64,000 nt of DNA from Cyanobacteriota bacterium (lineage in GTDB: Bacteria > Cyanobacteriota > Cyanobacteriia > PCC-6307 > Cyanobiaceae), in assembly GCA_046052125.1 (NCBI GenBank), contig JBJOMY010000001.1, forward strand, positions 256,001-320,000, given 5' to 3'. The notes under the pieces are model-generated. The model was not told where the DNA came from. It worked only from the letters and a program-made list of their open reading frames with translations, and did no database searches. Below are positions 1 through 10,181 of this stretch, piece by piece. Within the stretch, counting starts at the first letter, position 1; every line of letters begins with the position of its first letter. The position numbers were made by a program, and so were the translations under genes.

Positions 1-1110
1 ACGGGCCGCGCCGACTGGGAGAAGGGCGAGATCAAGCTCTACTGCAACCAGGTGTTCGTGAGCGATTCGATCAAGGAGGTGGTGCCCCGCTACCTGCTGC
101 CCCTGCGCGGCGTGATCGATTCGCCCGATATCCCCCTGAACGTGAGCCGTTCCGCTCTGCAGACCGACCGGCGCGTGCGCTCGATCGGTGGCTTCGTGGC
201 CAAGAAAGTGGCCGATCGGCTCAAGGAACTGCATCGCGATGAGCCGAAGCGCTACGCCGAGATCTGGGAATCCCTGGCGCCGTTCATCAAGATTGGGGCA
301 ATGGAGGATGAGAAGTTCGCCGATCAGGTGGCCGAGCTGGTGCTGTTCGGCACCACCGCTGCGGCGGGCGAGGGCGAGAACGCCGACCCGATCCCCGGCG
401 AGAACAACAAAACCTTCACCACCCTCTCGGGCTATCGCTCCCGCCTGAGCGCTGACAACGACAAGCGGATCCTCTACTGCACCGATGAAGCCGGCCAGGC
501 CGGTGCCCTCGCCCTCTGGAAGAGCCAGGGCGCTGAGGTGTTGCTGGCTGACACCTTCATCGACACCCAGTTCATCCCCTGGCTGGAATACCGCCACGAG
601 GAGCTGAAGTTCCAGCGCGTTGACAGTGAACTCGACGACTCCCTGCAGGAGAAAGAGAGCGAACTGAGCGATGCCGACGGCAAAGACAGCTCCGAAAAGG
701 TGCGCGATCTGTTCAAGAACGCGCTCAACAACGACAAGGTGACCATCCAGGTGCAGGCCCTCAAGGGCGACAACACCCCCGCCGCCCTGATCCTGTTGCC
801 GGAGCAGATGCGCCGCATCAACGACATGGGTGCCCTGATGGAGCAGCGTCTGCCCGGCCTGCCCGATCACCACGTGCTGCTGGTGAACCGTAAGCACCGC
901 CTGGTGGAAGGCCTGCTCAAGCTCTCCGCCGGCTCGGTGATCACGGGCGGCAGCGGCAGTTCCCCCAGCCAACAGTTGGCGGACGATCTCAGCCGCCATG
1001 TGTATGAAATGGCCCGCCTGGCAGTGGGTGGTCTGGAGCCGAACCAACTGGCCGGCTTCCAGCAGCGCAGCTGCGATCTGATGGGCAAGCTGATGGAGCG
1101 CGGCCTCTAG
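1..1110 (+). CDS. htpG: Molecular chaperone HtpG (Hsp90), C-terminal part; 5' end lies outside the window
   Basis: LRGVIDSPDIPLNVSRSALQ Hsp90 middle-domain motif; frame open from the window edge. Confidence 0.96.
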   Translation, partial: TGRADWEKGEIKLYCNQVFVSDSIKEVVPRYLLPLRGVIDSPDIPLNVSRSALQTDRRVRSIGGFVAKKVADRLKELHRDEPKRYAEIWESLAPFIKIGAMEDEKFADQVAELVLFGTTAAAGEGENADPIPGENNKTFTTLSGYRSRLSADNDKRILYCTDEAGQAGALALWKSQGAEVLLADTFIDTQFIPWLEYRHEELKFQRVDSELDDSLQEKESELSDADGKDSSEKVRDLFKNALNNDKVTIQVQALKGDNTPAALILLPEQMRRINDMGALMEQRLPGLPDHHVLLVNRKHRLVEGLLKLSAGSVITGGSGSSPSQQLADDLSRHVYEMARLAVGGLEPNQLAGFQQRSCDLMGKLMERGL

Positions 1111-1126
1111 ACCCGTTTCCGCTTCG

Positions 1127-2395
1127 TTGATCCCCTCACGGGCGCTGCGGCGCTGGGCCCTGCTGCTGGTTGCCCTGATGGGCAGCCTCAGCCTGGGCCT
1201 GTGGGTACTGGCGACTGAGCGTGTAGAGCCGGTGTCGGTGTTGATGCCGGCTCCGTTCGCTGATGCCACGGCGGAGTTGGTGAGCGCCTTCAACCGCAGC
1301 CATCCGCGCATTGCCCTGAGCGTCACCCGGGGGCCGCTGGAAACGGAGGCCGTGTCGGATCTGGCGATCAGCAGCCTGTTGCTGGGGGAGAGCCCCTACG
1401 ACCTACTGCTGATGGATGTGTCGTGGACGCCGAAATACGCCGCCGCCGGTTGGCTTGAACCACTGGATGCATGGCTGGGGCCGGATGCTCTGGCAGACCT
1501 GGCTCCTGGCGCGGATCTGGGCAATGCCTTCGGCGGTCAGCTCTGGCGGTTTCCGCTACTGGCGGACATGGGCCTGCTCTACTGGCGCACCGATCTGATG
1601 GAGGCGCCGCCGCGAACACCGGCGGAGCTGGTGGCGATCAGCCGGCGGTTGCAACGGGACGGCCGGGTGCCCTGGGGCTACGTGTGGCAGGGCAAGCAAT
1701 ACGAGGGCCTGAGCTGCGTGGTTCTGGAGCTGCTGCGCGGCTTCGGCGGCCACTGGCTCGTGAACAACGAACCGGAGCTGGATTCCCCAGAGGCCATTGC
1801 CGCCACGGGCTGGCTGCAGGATCTTGTGCGCCAGGGCATCACCCCTGCGGCGGTGGCCAACATGGGCGAACCGGAGGCGCTGCAGCTGTTTGAAGCCGGC
1901 GATGCCGCCTTCATGCGCAACTGGCCCTACGCCTGGGCGGAGCTCAACAAGCCGGGCTCTCCGCTGCGCGGCAAGGTGGCCTTCACCACAATGGTGAGCC
2001 AAGAGGGCGAGCCCCACGCCGCCACCCAGGGCAGCTGGGGCTTCTCGCTGCTCGCGGGCTCCAAGCACAAGGCAGCCGCGGTGGAGGTGCTGCGCTTTCT
2101 CACCAGCGCAGACGCCCAGAAACAGCTCAACCTGCGCTGGGGCTACACACCCACGCGGCTGAGCGTGTTTGAAGATCCGGAGCTTCTCGCCGCCAACCCG
2201 GCCCTGGCTGATCTGCAACAGGCGCTGGCCGCTGCAGTGCTGCGCCCATTGAGCCCGGTGTATGCCCAACTCAGCGATCTGCTCTACCGCGAGGTGAACA
2301 CGGCCATCACAGGTGATCAGCCCGCCTCAACGGCGATGCGGGAGTTGCAGAACAACAGTGAACGGCTCCTGCGCAGTAGTGGAGGCGAGGGCTAA
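1127..2395 (+). CDS. ggtB: Sugar/osmolyte ABC transporter substrate-binding protein (GgtB-like)
   Basis: N-terminal signal/TM; YDLLLMDVSW, GLLYWRTDL, FMRNWPYAW motifs of carbohydrate-binding proteins; first gene of a 4-gene ABC operon. Confidence 0.8.
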   Translation: MIPSRALRRWALLLVALMGSLSLGLWVLATERVEPVSVLMPAPFADATAELVSAFNRSHPRIALSVTRGPLETEAVSDLAISSLLLGESPYDLLLMDVSWTPKYAAAGWLEPLDAWLGPDALADLAPGADLGNAFGGQLWRFPLLADMGLLYWRTDLMEAPPRTPAELVAISRRLQRDGRVPWGYVWQGKQYEGLSCVVLELLRGFGGHWLVNNEPELDSPEAIAATGWLQDLVRQGITPAAVANMGEPEALQLFEAGDAAFMRNWPYAWAELNKPGSPLRGKVAFTTMVSQEGEPHAATQGSWGFSLLAGSKHKAAAVEVLRFLTSADAQKQLNLRWGYTPTRLSVFEDPELLAANPALADLQQALAAAVLRPLSPVYAQLSDLLYREVNTAITGDQPASTAMRELQNNSERLLRSSGGEG

Positions 2396-3270
2396 TGCGC
2401 TGGCGCCTGTGGCTGTTGATGGCGCCGGCCCTGGCGCTGTTGCTGGCGATCTTCGCGGCGCCGTTGCTGCATTACCTCTGGCTCAGCACCCAGGCCCAGA
2501 GCGTGCTCACCGGCCTACATCCGGAGCCGATCGGCGCGCAGCAATGGCTGCGGCTTTGGAACGATGGCCGCTTCTGGCAGGACACCTGGCAGACCCTGCG
2601 CTTCAGCGCCGTCTCAGTGAGCCTGGAAATGCTGTTGGGGGTGGCGGTGGCCCTGCTGCTGGATCAACCGCTGCGGGGGCGCGGCGTGCTGCGCACCATC
2701 AGCCTCTTGCCCTGGGCCCTGCCCACCACGGTGATGGCCCTGGGCTGGCGCTGGATCTTCAACGACCCCTACGGACCGATCAATCACGTACTGGCAGGGC
2801 TTGGGCTACCAGCCATCCCATTTCTCTCCAATCCGGCGATCACCTGGATGGCCACCGTGGGCGCCGACACCTGGAAAACCACCCCGTTTGTGGCCCTGCT
2901 GCTGTTGGCGGGTCTGCAAACGATCCCCGCGGATCTCTACGAAGCAGCAGCCCTGGAAGGAGCCACCCCCTGGCAGACCCTGCGGCGCATCACCCTGCCC
3001 CTGCTCACGCCGTATCTGCTGATCGCGTTGCTGTTCCGCCTGGCCCAGGCGCTGGGGGTGTTCGATCTGATCCAGGTGCTCACCGGTGGCGGTCCGGCCG
3101 GGAGCACCGAAAGCCTGGCGCTCTACGCCTACCTCAACGCCATGCGCTTTCTCGATTTCGGCTACAGCGCCACCCTGCTGCTTGGGTCCTTCGCGATCCT
3201 GTTGCTCCTCTGCGGGATGGTGGCGCTGGTGTGGCGCTGGGGCTCCCGCCTGCAGGGGGAGCTGCGCTGA
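2395..3270 (+). CDS. ggtC: Sugar ABC transporter permease
   Basis: EAA loop (LYEAAALEGATPWQ), multiple TMs, start overlaps upstream stop. Confidence 0.8.
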   Translation: MRWRLWLLMAPALALLLAIFAAPLLHYLWLSTQAQSVLTGLHPEPIGAQQWLRLWNDGRFWQDTWQTLRFSAVSVSLEMLLGVAVALLLDQPLRGRGVLRTISLLPWALPTTVMALGWRWIFNDPYGPINHVLAGLGLPAIPFLSNPAITWMATVGADTWKTTPFVALLLLAGLQTIPADLYEAAALEGATPWQTLRRITLPLLTPYLLIALLFRLAQALGVFDLIQVLTGGGPAGSTESLALYAYLNAMRFLDFGYSATLLLGSFAILLLLCGMVALVWRWGSRLQGELR

Positions 3271-4061
3271 TGGCCCGACTGCTCTTGCTGCTCTGGAGCC
3301 TGGGGCCGATGCTCTGGCAGCTCTATTCCTCCCTGCGGCCCAGCGAGGCCCTGAGTGGCACGGGGGCTGGCGGCTGGACCCTGGAGCACTACCGCCAGCT
3401 GTTGCAGGGCGATCCCCCCTTTCTCACCTATCTGCTCAACAGCGCGGTGGTGGGCATCTGCAGCACCGCTCTCACCCTGGCGCTGGCGGTGCCCTGCGCC
3501 TATGCCCTCACGCGATTGGGGCGCGGGCAAGCCCGAACGCTCACCCTGCTGGTGGCGGCGGCCGCTGCTTTTCCGGCGGTGTTGCTGTTTCTGGCCCTGC
3601 TCGAGCTGGCGCGCGACTGGCATCTGGCCAACCAGCTGCTGGCCTTGAGCCTTCCCTATGCGGGCCTGTGCCTGCCCCTGGCGATCCTGTTGCTGCAGGC
3701 GGCCTTTGCCGACATCCCGATCGAACTGGAGGAGGCGGCATTGATCGAGGGCATGGGCCTCTGGCAACGGCTGCGCTGGGTGTTGCTGCCGCTGATGGCA
3801 CCGGCCATGGCCAGTAGCGCCCTGCTGGTGTTCCTGTTCAGCTGGAACGAATATCCGATCGCCCTCACCTGGTTGAGCCGCACCGATCTGCTCACCCTGG
3901 CGCCGGCCATGGCCCGCATCGCCGGTTCATCCGTGTACACGATTCCCTATGGCGCCTTCGCTGCCGCCACGGTGCTCGGCAGCGCCCCGCTGATCCTGTT
4001 GATGCTCCTGTTTCAGAAGCAGATCATCAGTGGGCTCACCCAGGGAGCCATTAAGGGATGA
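3270..4061 (+). CDS. ggtD: Sugar ABC transporter permease
   Basis: ATG at 3270 overlapping previous TGA; IPIELEEAALIEG EAA loop; FLFSWNEY. Confidence 0.8.
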   Translation: MARLLLLLWSLGPMLWQLYSSLRPSEALSGTGAGGWTLEHYRQLLQGDPPFLTYLLNSAVVGICSTALTLALAVPCAYALTRLGRGQARTLTLLVAAAAAFPAVLLFLALLELARDWHLANQLLALSLPYAGLCLPLAILLLQAAFADIPIELEEAALIEGMGLWQRLRWVLLPLMAPAMASSALLVFLFSWNEYPIALTWLSRTDLLTLAPAMARIAGSSVYTIPYGAFAAATVLGSAPLILLMLLFQKQIISGLTQGAIKG

Positions 4062-5104
4062 ACCACTCCGGGTCTGCGGGTTTCAACGGCTTGGAGCTGC
4101 GAGCGCTCAGCCGCATGGTGGGCATCCACACGCTGGTGGATCAGCTCAGCCTCCAGGTGGGCCCCGGCGAAATCCTGGCGCTGCTCGGCCCCAGCGGCTG
4201 CGGCAAGAGCAGCACCCTGCGGCTGATCGCTGGGCTTGATCCAGCCAGCTCCGGTGAGATCCGCCTGGGAGGGCGCAGCATCACAGGGCTGCCGCCAGCC
4301 GAGCGGCAGGTGGCGATGGTGTTTCAGAGCTATGCCCTGTTTCCCCACCTGAGCGTGGAGCGCAACCTCAGCCTCGGCATGGAGCTGCGGGGCATGGGCA
4401 GGGCCGACATCCAGCGTGAGCTGGAGCAGGTGCTCGCCCTGATGCAGCTGGAGGGGTTGCGTCAGCGCAAACCGGCCGAGCTCTCGGGCGGGCAGCGTCA
4501 ACGTGTGGCCCTGGCACGGGCGCTGATCCGCCGGCCGGCCCTGTTTTTGCTGGATGAGCCAATGAGCAACCTCGATGCCCAGCTGCGCGACAACCTGCGC
4601 GCCGAGTTGCGCACCCTCTTGCGCAGCACGGGCGTTCCCGTGGTGTACGTGACCCACGACCAGCACGAGGCCATGGGGCTGGCCGATCGGATCGCCGTGT
4701 TGCGCGAGGGGCGGCTGCAGCAACTGGGCACAGCAGAAACGCTCTACCGCGATCCCGCCAATCGTTTCGTGGCCCGCTTCCTGGGCAGCCCCTCGATCAA
4801 CCTGATCGAGCGAGGCGAGGAGCAGCTGGGCTTACGGCCGGAACGGCTGGTGCTTGTGGAGGCGGGCAGCCCGGTGCCAGAGGGATGGGAGGCCCTGGAA
4901 GGACAGCTCAGCCACCGCGAGTGGCTGGGGGATCGGGTGATCAGCCATCTCACGTGCCCTGGGCAAGGCACCCTCAAGGTGCTGAGCAACACCCCCACGA
5001 GCGGGGACGTGCTCCAGGTGCGCTGGCGCCAAGCGGATGCGTTGCGCTTTGAAGCCCGCAGCGGCGAGCGGCTGCCAGGCTCAAGCCCCAGCCAACCCTC
5101 CTGA
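4058..5104 (+). CDS. ggtA: Sugar ABC transporter ATP-binding protein (MalK-like)
   Basis: Walker A GPSGCGKS, LSGGQRQR signature, LLDEPMSNLD, VTHDQ. Confidence 0.85.
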   Translation: MNHSGSAGFNGLELRALSRMVGIHTLVDQLSLQVGPGEILALLGPSGCGKSSTLRLIAGLDPASSGEIRLGGRSITGLPPAERQVAMVFQSYALFPHLSVERNLSLGMELRGMGRADIQRELEQVLALMQLEGLRQRKPAELSGGQRQRVALARALIRRPALFLLDEPMSNLDAQLRDNLRAELRTLLRSTGVPVVYVTHDQHEAMGLADRIAVLREGRLQQLGTAETLYRDPANRFVARFLGSPSINLIERGEEQLGLRPERLVLVEAGSPVPEGWEALEGQLSHREWLGDRVISHLTCPGQGTLKVLSNTPTSGDVLQVRWRQADALRFEARSGERLPGSSPSQPS

Positions 5105-5113
5105 TGTAGCCCC

Positions 5114-6115
5114 ATGGCGATGCCAGGACCCACCGCCGCCTTGCTCCCAGCGTTGCTCACCCTTGTGGGGGGAGGCCTGCTTGGGCTGCTGGTGGCGCGG
5201 CTGGTGCAGCGGGTCTTAAGCCGGATCACGCGCCGCACCGCCTCCACCACCGACGATTTCGTGGTGACGGTGCTGGTGGACACGATTCCACCGGTGGCCT
5301 GGGTGCTGAGCGCCAGCCTGGCCTGGCAGATCCTGCCCACGGATGCGGCCAGCGATCGGCTGGTCTACGGCCTGGCCAAGCTGATCCTGGTGGTTCTGAT
5401 CGTGCGGCTGGTGAACCGCATCGGTTTGCGGCTGCTGCAGCGCTGGGCCAACCGCGCCGGCGACCTGCAGGTGGCGAACCTGATTCGCTCACTGGCCCCG
5501 ATGCTGAAGGCCCTGGTGTGGTGCCTGGGGACGGTGTTCTACCTGCAGAACATCGGCGTGCAGATGGCGGCCATCTGGGCCCTGCTCAGCGCCGGTGGCA
5601 TCGGCGCAGGCCTGGCCTTGAAGGAGCCGGTGTCGCAATTTTTTGAATACATCACGATCCTGCTGGATAAACCGTTTCAGCCCGGTCAGCTGATCCATGT
5701 GGGCCAGGTGTGGGGCACCGTGGAAAAGGTGGGTGTGCGCAGCACCCGGCTGCGCAGCATCAACGGCGAAGCGATCGTGATGAGCAACAGCTCGCTCACC
5801 GGGGCTGTGGTGGCCAACTTCGGCGAAATGCAGCGGCGGCGGCTCACGCTGCGGCTGGGCTTGAAGCTCGACACGCCGGTGGAGCAGCTGCAACGGCTGC
5901 CGCAGCTACTCGCTGAGGTGGTGAAAAGCGAGGGCACGGCAGAGTTTGAGCGCTGCCATTTCGTGAGCCTGGAACACAACAGCCTCGATTTCGAGCTCGT
6001 GTATTACGTGCCGAGCAATGAGTTCAAGCAGGCGCTCGATGTGCAACAGCGCATCAATCTCACAATCCTGCGCCGATTCGCTGAGGAGGGCCTGGAACTG
6101 GCAGCCTCCAGCTGA
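5114..6115 (+). CDS. Small-conductance mechanosensitive channel (MscS family)
   Basis: GGIGAGLALK TM3, DKPFQPG, GTVEKVGVRSTRLRS. Confidence 0.9.
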   Translation: MAMPGPTAALLPALLTLVGGGLLGLLVARLVQRVLSRITRRTASTTDDFVVTVLVDTIPPVAWVLSASLAWQILPTDAASDRLVYGLAKLILVVLIVRLVNRIGLRLLQRWANRAGDLQVANLIRSLAPMLKALVWCLGTVFYLQNIGVQMAAIWALLSAGGIGAGLALKEPVSQFFEYITILLDKPFQPGQLIHVGQVWGTVEKVGVRSTRLRSINGEAIVMSNSSLTGAVVANFGEMQRRRLTLRLGLKLDTPVEQLQRLPQLLAEVVKSEGTAEFERCHFVSLEHNSLDFELVYYVPSNEFKQALDVQQRINLTILRRFAEEGLELAASS

Positions 6116-6195
6116 AGAGAGAAACGCCCGGCTGATAAGCTTTTGCCTTGGCTCCAAGCGGAGTCGAGTCGTCAACATCCTTTGAACGGTCGGTC

Positions 6196-6432
6196 ATGTC
6201 CCGGGTCTGCCAACTCACCGGCAAGCGCGCCAACAACGGCATGGCCGTGTCCCACTCCCACGTGCGGACCAAGAAGCTCCAGCAGGTGAACCTCCAGGAG
6301 CGCCGTCTGTGGTGGGCCGAGGGCAACCGCTTCGTGAAGCTGCGCGTGTCCACCCGCGCCCTCAAGACCATCCAGAAGAAGGGCCTGGGCGCTTACGCCA
6401 AGGAACTGGGCATCAACCTGGCCAAGATCTGA
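6196..6432 (+). CDS. rpmB: 50S ribosomal protein L28
   Basis: [34 protein letters not shown]. Confidence 0.98.
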   Translation: MSRVCQLTGKRANNGMAVSHSHVRTKKLQQVNLQERRLWWAEGNRFVKLRVSTRALKTIQKKGLGAYAKELGINLAKI

Positions 6433-6443
6433 ACGCCTTCACG

Positions 6444-7016
6444 ATGCAGCGCCGCCAGCTTCTGAGCGGGCTCTCCATCGCCGCATTGGGCCTGCTGGGG
6501 TTACCCCGGCAGGCCCTTTGCCTTGGTGGGGTTCTGCCCGAAACCGATCAGCCCGCGCCCGCGTTCCAGCTCCAGGGCGTGGTGCCCGGCAGTAGTGGTG
6601 AAGCGGAAGCTGCCGAGCGCAGCCTCAGCGATTTCGCCGGCCGCTGGCTGGTGCTCTACTTCTATCCACGCGATTTCACCGAGGGCTGCACGATCGAGGC
6701 GCGGGGCTTCCAGCGGGATCTGCAGGCCTTCCACCAGGCGGGCGCCGAGGTGGTGGGCATCAGCGCTGACAGCGCCGAATCTCACGCCGAGTTCTGCGGC
6801 AGTGAAGCCCTGGCCTACCCACTGCTCTCCGACCCGGGCGGACGGGTGAGCAAGGCCTATGGCAGCTGGATTTCACCCTTTTCGCAGCGGCACACCTTCT
6901 TGATTGATCCCGAGGGGGTGCTGCGCCAGGTGTGGGTGGCGGTGCGGCCGAGCGGTCACAGCCAGGAGGTGCTCGCCAGCCTCAAGCAGCTGGCGGCAAA
7001 CCATCCGAGCGCCTGA
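6444..7016 (+). CDS. Peroxiredoxin, BCP/PrxQ family, with Tat-like leader
   Basis: LYFYPRDFTEGCTIEA peroxidatic motif; MQRRQLL leader. Confidence 0.9.
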   Translation: MQRRQLLSGLSIAALGLLGLPRQALCLGGVLPETDQPAPAFQLQGVVPGSSGEAEAAERSLSDFAGRWLVLYFYPRDFTEGCTIEARGFQRDLQAFHQAGAEVVGISADSAESHAEFCGSEALAYPLLSDPGGRVSKAYGSWISPFSQRHTFLIDPEGVLRQVWVAVRPSGHSQEVLASLKQLAANHPSA

Positions 7017-7572
7017 AGGTCATTAACCAACCGCTACCGGGTCCTTCCACCTCCCAGCGAGGCAACCAGTGACGCCAGCTGTACACCACGTTGTGACCGC
7101 CTGAGCCCACGCGCACGTAGCCGCCATTGATGTTGTCGAGCTCGCCGTAGGGGTCGTTGAAGATGCCGGCGCCGGGCTCGAAACCCACCGCCAGGATCCA
7201 GTGACCGCCACCGCGCGGGGCAGACGAGGGCCCGTGGTGCAGAAAGCCGGTGCCCACGGGATAGCCGGCCTTGAGCTCAGCTTCCAACAGGGACCGATCC
7301 CCGTTGGTGCGATACCTGGCGATCACCCCGTAGTCGGCGCAGGCCTGAATCTGCGCCTGGGCTGAGGTGGTATCGCCGTAGCGGCGCAGGGTGTGCAGGT
7401 AGGTGTCGTCGGCGTTGGAGCCCTTCAGGGCAGCAGGCCGCAGATACTTCACCGCCATGGCGCAGGTACTGGAAAAGCACATGCGGTAGGCCTGGCCGGG
7501 AATGCGGCTGTCGGTTTGGACGTAGTACTGATGCACGGGCAGCAGGAGCCGCTGCCCGGTGGTGGTGGTCAT
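6982..7572 (-). CDS. C39-like (papain-fold) peptidase domain protein
   Basis: Q..MCFSSTCAM, GGGHWILAVG, FNDPYG give a Cys-His-Asp triad pattern. Confidence 0.75.
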   Translation of the reverse strand: MTTTTGQRLLLPVHQYYVQTDSRIPGQAYRMCFSSTCAMAVKYLRPAALKGSNADDTYLHTLRRYGDTTSAQAQIQACADYGVIARYRTNGDRSLLEAELKAGYPVGTGFLHHGPSSAPRGGGHWILAVGFEPGAGIFNDPYGELDNINGGYVRVGSGGHNVVYSWRHWLPRWEVEGPGSGWLMTFRRSDGLPPAA

Positions 7573-7578
7573 TGGCCT

Positions 7579-7812
7579 TCAGGCCGCTTCCCTCCTGGTA
7601 GCACGCTCCATCCGATTGAGGTGTGCCATGCCCACATGCAGGCTGTCGCAGTAGAGGCAGGTGCCTTGAAAGCACACCTGGAACAGCTCGCCTTCCCTGG
7701 AGTGGAGCTGATGGATCGTGCCGCCTTCCGCACCGATCATCACGGGTTCTGAGGCCATGCCACAAGCCTGAACGTCGGCCAGAGCGTGGCGCGTCAGCCG
7801 AGCGCTCACCAT
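7579..7812 (-). CDS. Small hypothetical protein
   Basis: 77-aa ORF in line with neighbours; QVCFQGTCLYC motif. Confidence 0.55.
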   Translation of the reverse strand: MVSARLTRHALADVQACGMASEPVMIGAEGGTIHQLHSREGELFQVCFQGTCLYCDSLHVGMAHLNRMERATRREAA

Positions 7813-7857
7813 CGGTAGAAATACCGCTGAGCAAACGCGGTGATCGCTGGCAACGGC

Positions 7858-8883
7858 TCAGGCCCAGCCGCTCAGCACCACCTTGCCAACGCTGCTGCCG
7901 CTCTCGAGGCGGCGATGGGCTTCGCGCAGGTTGGCCGCATTGATCGCACCCAATGGCTGGGTGAGGGTGGAGCAGATCCTGCCCGCATCCACCAGTGCGG
8001 CCAGCTCCTCCAACAGTGCCCCCTGGCGTGCCATATCAGGCGTTTGGTAGAGCGATCGGGTGAACATCAGCTCCCAGTGCAGCGACAAGCTTTTGCGCTT
8101 GAGGGCCAGCACATCGATCGATTGGGCCGGTGGATCGTCGATCAGGGCCAGGGCGCCCTGGGGTTCGAGCACCTCTACCAGCTGGGCGAAATGATCGCCG
8201 CTGTGGGTGAGCGAGATGGCGGAACGCAGGGGCGGCAGCTCCAGGCGGGCGAGCTGCTGCGCGAAGGGCTCGTGGTGGTTTATCACATGCTCCACCCCAA
8301 CCTGATGCAGCCAGGCCACGCTTTCGGTGCGTGAGGCTGTGGCCACCAAGCTGAGATCGGTGAGCTCCCGCACCAGCTGCACCAGGATCGAGCCCACACC
8401 ACCAGCCGCACCCACCACCAGCAGGGTCTGGGGCTCCTGGGTAGTGCCACGGAGGGGTAGCCGCAAGCGATCAAACAGCAGCTCCCAGGCCGTGATCGCG
8501 GTGAGCGGCAGGGCGGCAGCCTCAGCGGCGCTGAGGCTGGCTGGGGCATGGCCCACCAGGCGGTGATCCACGGCGTGCAACGCGCTGTTGCAACCAGGTC
8601 GCTGCAGCGCTCCGGCATACCAGACGCGATCACCAGGCTGGAAGCCCTGCACCGCTTCGCCGCAGGTGAGCACAGTGCCCACCGCATCCCAACCCAGCAC
8701 TCGCCATTGATCAGCTGCCGGTTGCTCTCGGCGACGCACCTTGGTGTCCACCGGATTCACGCTCACCGCCTCCACCGCCACGAGCAGATCGTTGGGCTCG
8801 TGAGAGGAATCCGGAAGCTCCACGTCAACCAAACAGTCGGCATCGTCGCTGGATCGCGAGCCGCTGTAGCCGATGGCCTTCAT
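7858..8883 (-). CDS. Zinc-type alcohol dehydrogenase-like / quinone oxidoreductase (MDR family)
   Basis: AVSVNPVDTKVR, LGWDAVG, LPLTAITAWELLF, GAAGGVGS. Confidence 0.9.
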   Translation of the reverse strand: MKAIGYSGSRSSDDADCLVDVELPDSSHEPNDLLVAVEAVSVNPVDTKVRRREQPAADQWRVLGWDAVGTVLTCGEAVQGFQPGDRVWYAGALQRPGCNSALHAVDHRLVGHAPASLSAAEAAALPLTAITAWELLFDRLRLPLRGTTQEPQTLLVVGAAGGVGSILVQLVRELTDLSLVATASRTESVAWLHQVGVEHVINHHEPFAQQLARLELPPLRSAISLTHSGDHFAQLVEVLEPQGALALIDDPPAQSIDVLALKRKSLSLHWELMFTRSLYQTPDMARQGALLEELAALVDAGRICSTLTQPLGAINAANLREAHRRLESGSSVGKVVLSGWA

Positions 8884-9962
8884 TCAGCGCACTCCAGGCT
8901 GTTGAGCAACTCGCGGTGGACGGCCGTGGCCTGGTTCATCGCCGCCAGGGCAGCACTGCTGGGGGGATGCTCCAGCGCATCAGCCCAGATGCTCATCAGA
9001 TCAGAAGCCGCCGGCGCCGGATCGGCCAGATCGATGCAGCCGCAACCAAGCTCGGTGGCACAGGCCTGCACCTTGGGGTCGTAGCTGAGGGCACTCACGG
9101 GGCTGCCGGAGAGGGCCGCCAGGATCAAGGCGTGCAGGCGCATCGCCAACACCAGAGAGGCGCTACGGAACAGGGCCATCGCCTCAGCTGGCGTGGTGGC
9201 CTCCACCACCCGGCTACGCCGCAACAGCGCCTCACCCACCAGCCCCTGCTGGTGAAGCTGGTCCAAGAGTGGGCCGTCCTGATCCCGGTGGAACGGCAGC
9301 CAGATCACCTCGCGATCGCTGCGTTCCGCCAACAGCTCTAGGGCGGTGAGGTAGGGCCTCCAGGCTTCGCCCTGCAGATGGGGGGTGGGCCGCCAACACA
9401 CCACGATCGGTCCGCCGAGCCCGAGCCAGTGCTGCCGGGGCAGGCTCCACACCGCATCGGTGCCGTGGGGTGCAGCCACGCCGAGTTGGCGGGCCAGGCG
9501 GGCAGAGGCGGGATCACGCCAGCTGATCCCCGTGGCCAGCGGCAACAGCAAGCGCACCAGGGCGCGGCTGCGCCGGCGGCGCAACGGCCCCAGGCCCTGG
9601 GCCCAGAGCAGCACCGGTTTGCCCTGCAGGCGCGCGGCGCTGATCAGGGCGGCGTAATAGAGGAGGCTTCGGAAACTGGTGGCGTCCTGGAGCAGGCTGC
9701 CGCCGCCGAGCACCAGGGCTCGGCTCTTGGCGAGGGCGGCGAGCACGGCCTTGAGGCTGCGCCGCTGCACGGTGCTCACGCCGTGGCGCTGCTCCACCTC
9801 CTGCTGATCGAAGGCGGTCACCAAAGCCGATGCACCCGTGGGCAACTGGGCTAAGAGTGCCTGCAGGAGTGCATCGTCACCGAGGTTGTGCTCGCCGTAG
9901 TAACCGCACAACAGCACGGGGTCAGACACACCACGGGTTCCAAGTGGGCCCCAGCTTCGCAT
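8880..9962 (-). CDS. csaB: Polysaccharide pyruvyl transferase CsaB (true start probably slightly downstream)
   Basis: GYYGEHNLGDDALL, GGGSLLQDATS, AMRLHALI, SYDPKV. Confidence 0.92.
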   Translation of the reverse strand: MRSWGPLGTRGVSDPVLLCGYYGEHNLGDDALLQALLAQLPTGASALVTAFDQQEVEQRHGVSTVQRRSLKAVLAALAKSRALVLGGGSLLQDATSFRSLLYYAALISAARLQGKPVLLWAQGLGPLRRRRSRALVRLLLPLATGISWRDPASARLARQLGVAAPHGTDAVWSLPRQHWLGLGGPIVVCWRPTPHLQGEAWRPYLTALELLAERSDREVIWLPFHRDQDGPLLDQLHQQGLVGEALLRRSRVVEATTPAEAMALFRSASLVLAMRLHALILAALSGSPVSALSYDPKVQACATELGCGCIDLADPAPAASDLMSIWADALEHPPSSAALAAMNQATAVHRELLNSLECAE

Positions 9963-9974
9963 CGGAGCCCGGGA

Positions 9975-10181
9975 TCAGGCAGCCGCCGCGAGGCGTTGGC
10001 GCAGCAGCTGAATCTGCTCGTCGATCAGCACCCGAGCGGCGCTGAGGCTGGAGGCGCGTCCGAGCACGGCGCCACTGCTGTGTTCAATCAGATAGGCCCC
10101 CTCACAGCGCGGGTAGCCCACCAACTGAATGCGACAGCCGCGATGCAGCCAGCAGGGGGGTGGAGCGGTTGCAGACATCAC
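9975..10181 (-). CDS. Small hypothetical protein
   Basis: 68-aa ORF directly upstream of csaB, host-like codon use. Confidence 0.55.
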   Translation of the reverse strand: MMSATAPPPCWLHRGCRIQLVGYPRCEGAYLIEHSSGAVLGRASSLSAARVLIDEQIQLLRQRLAAAA

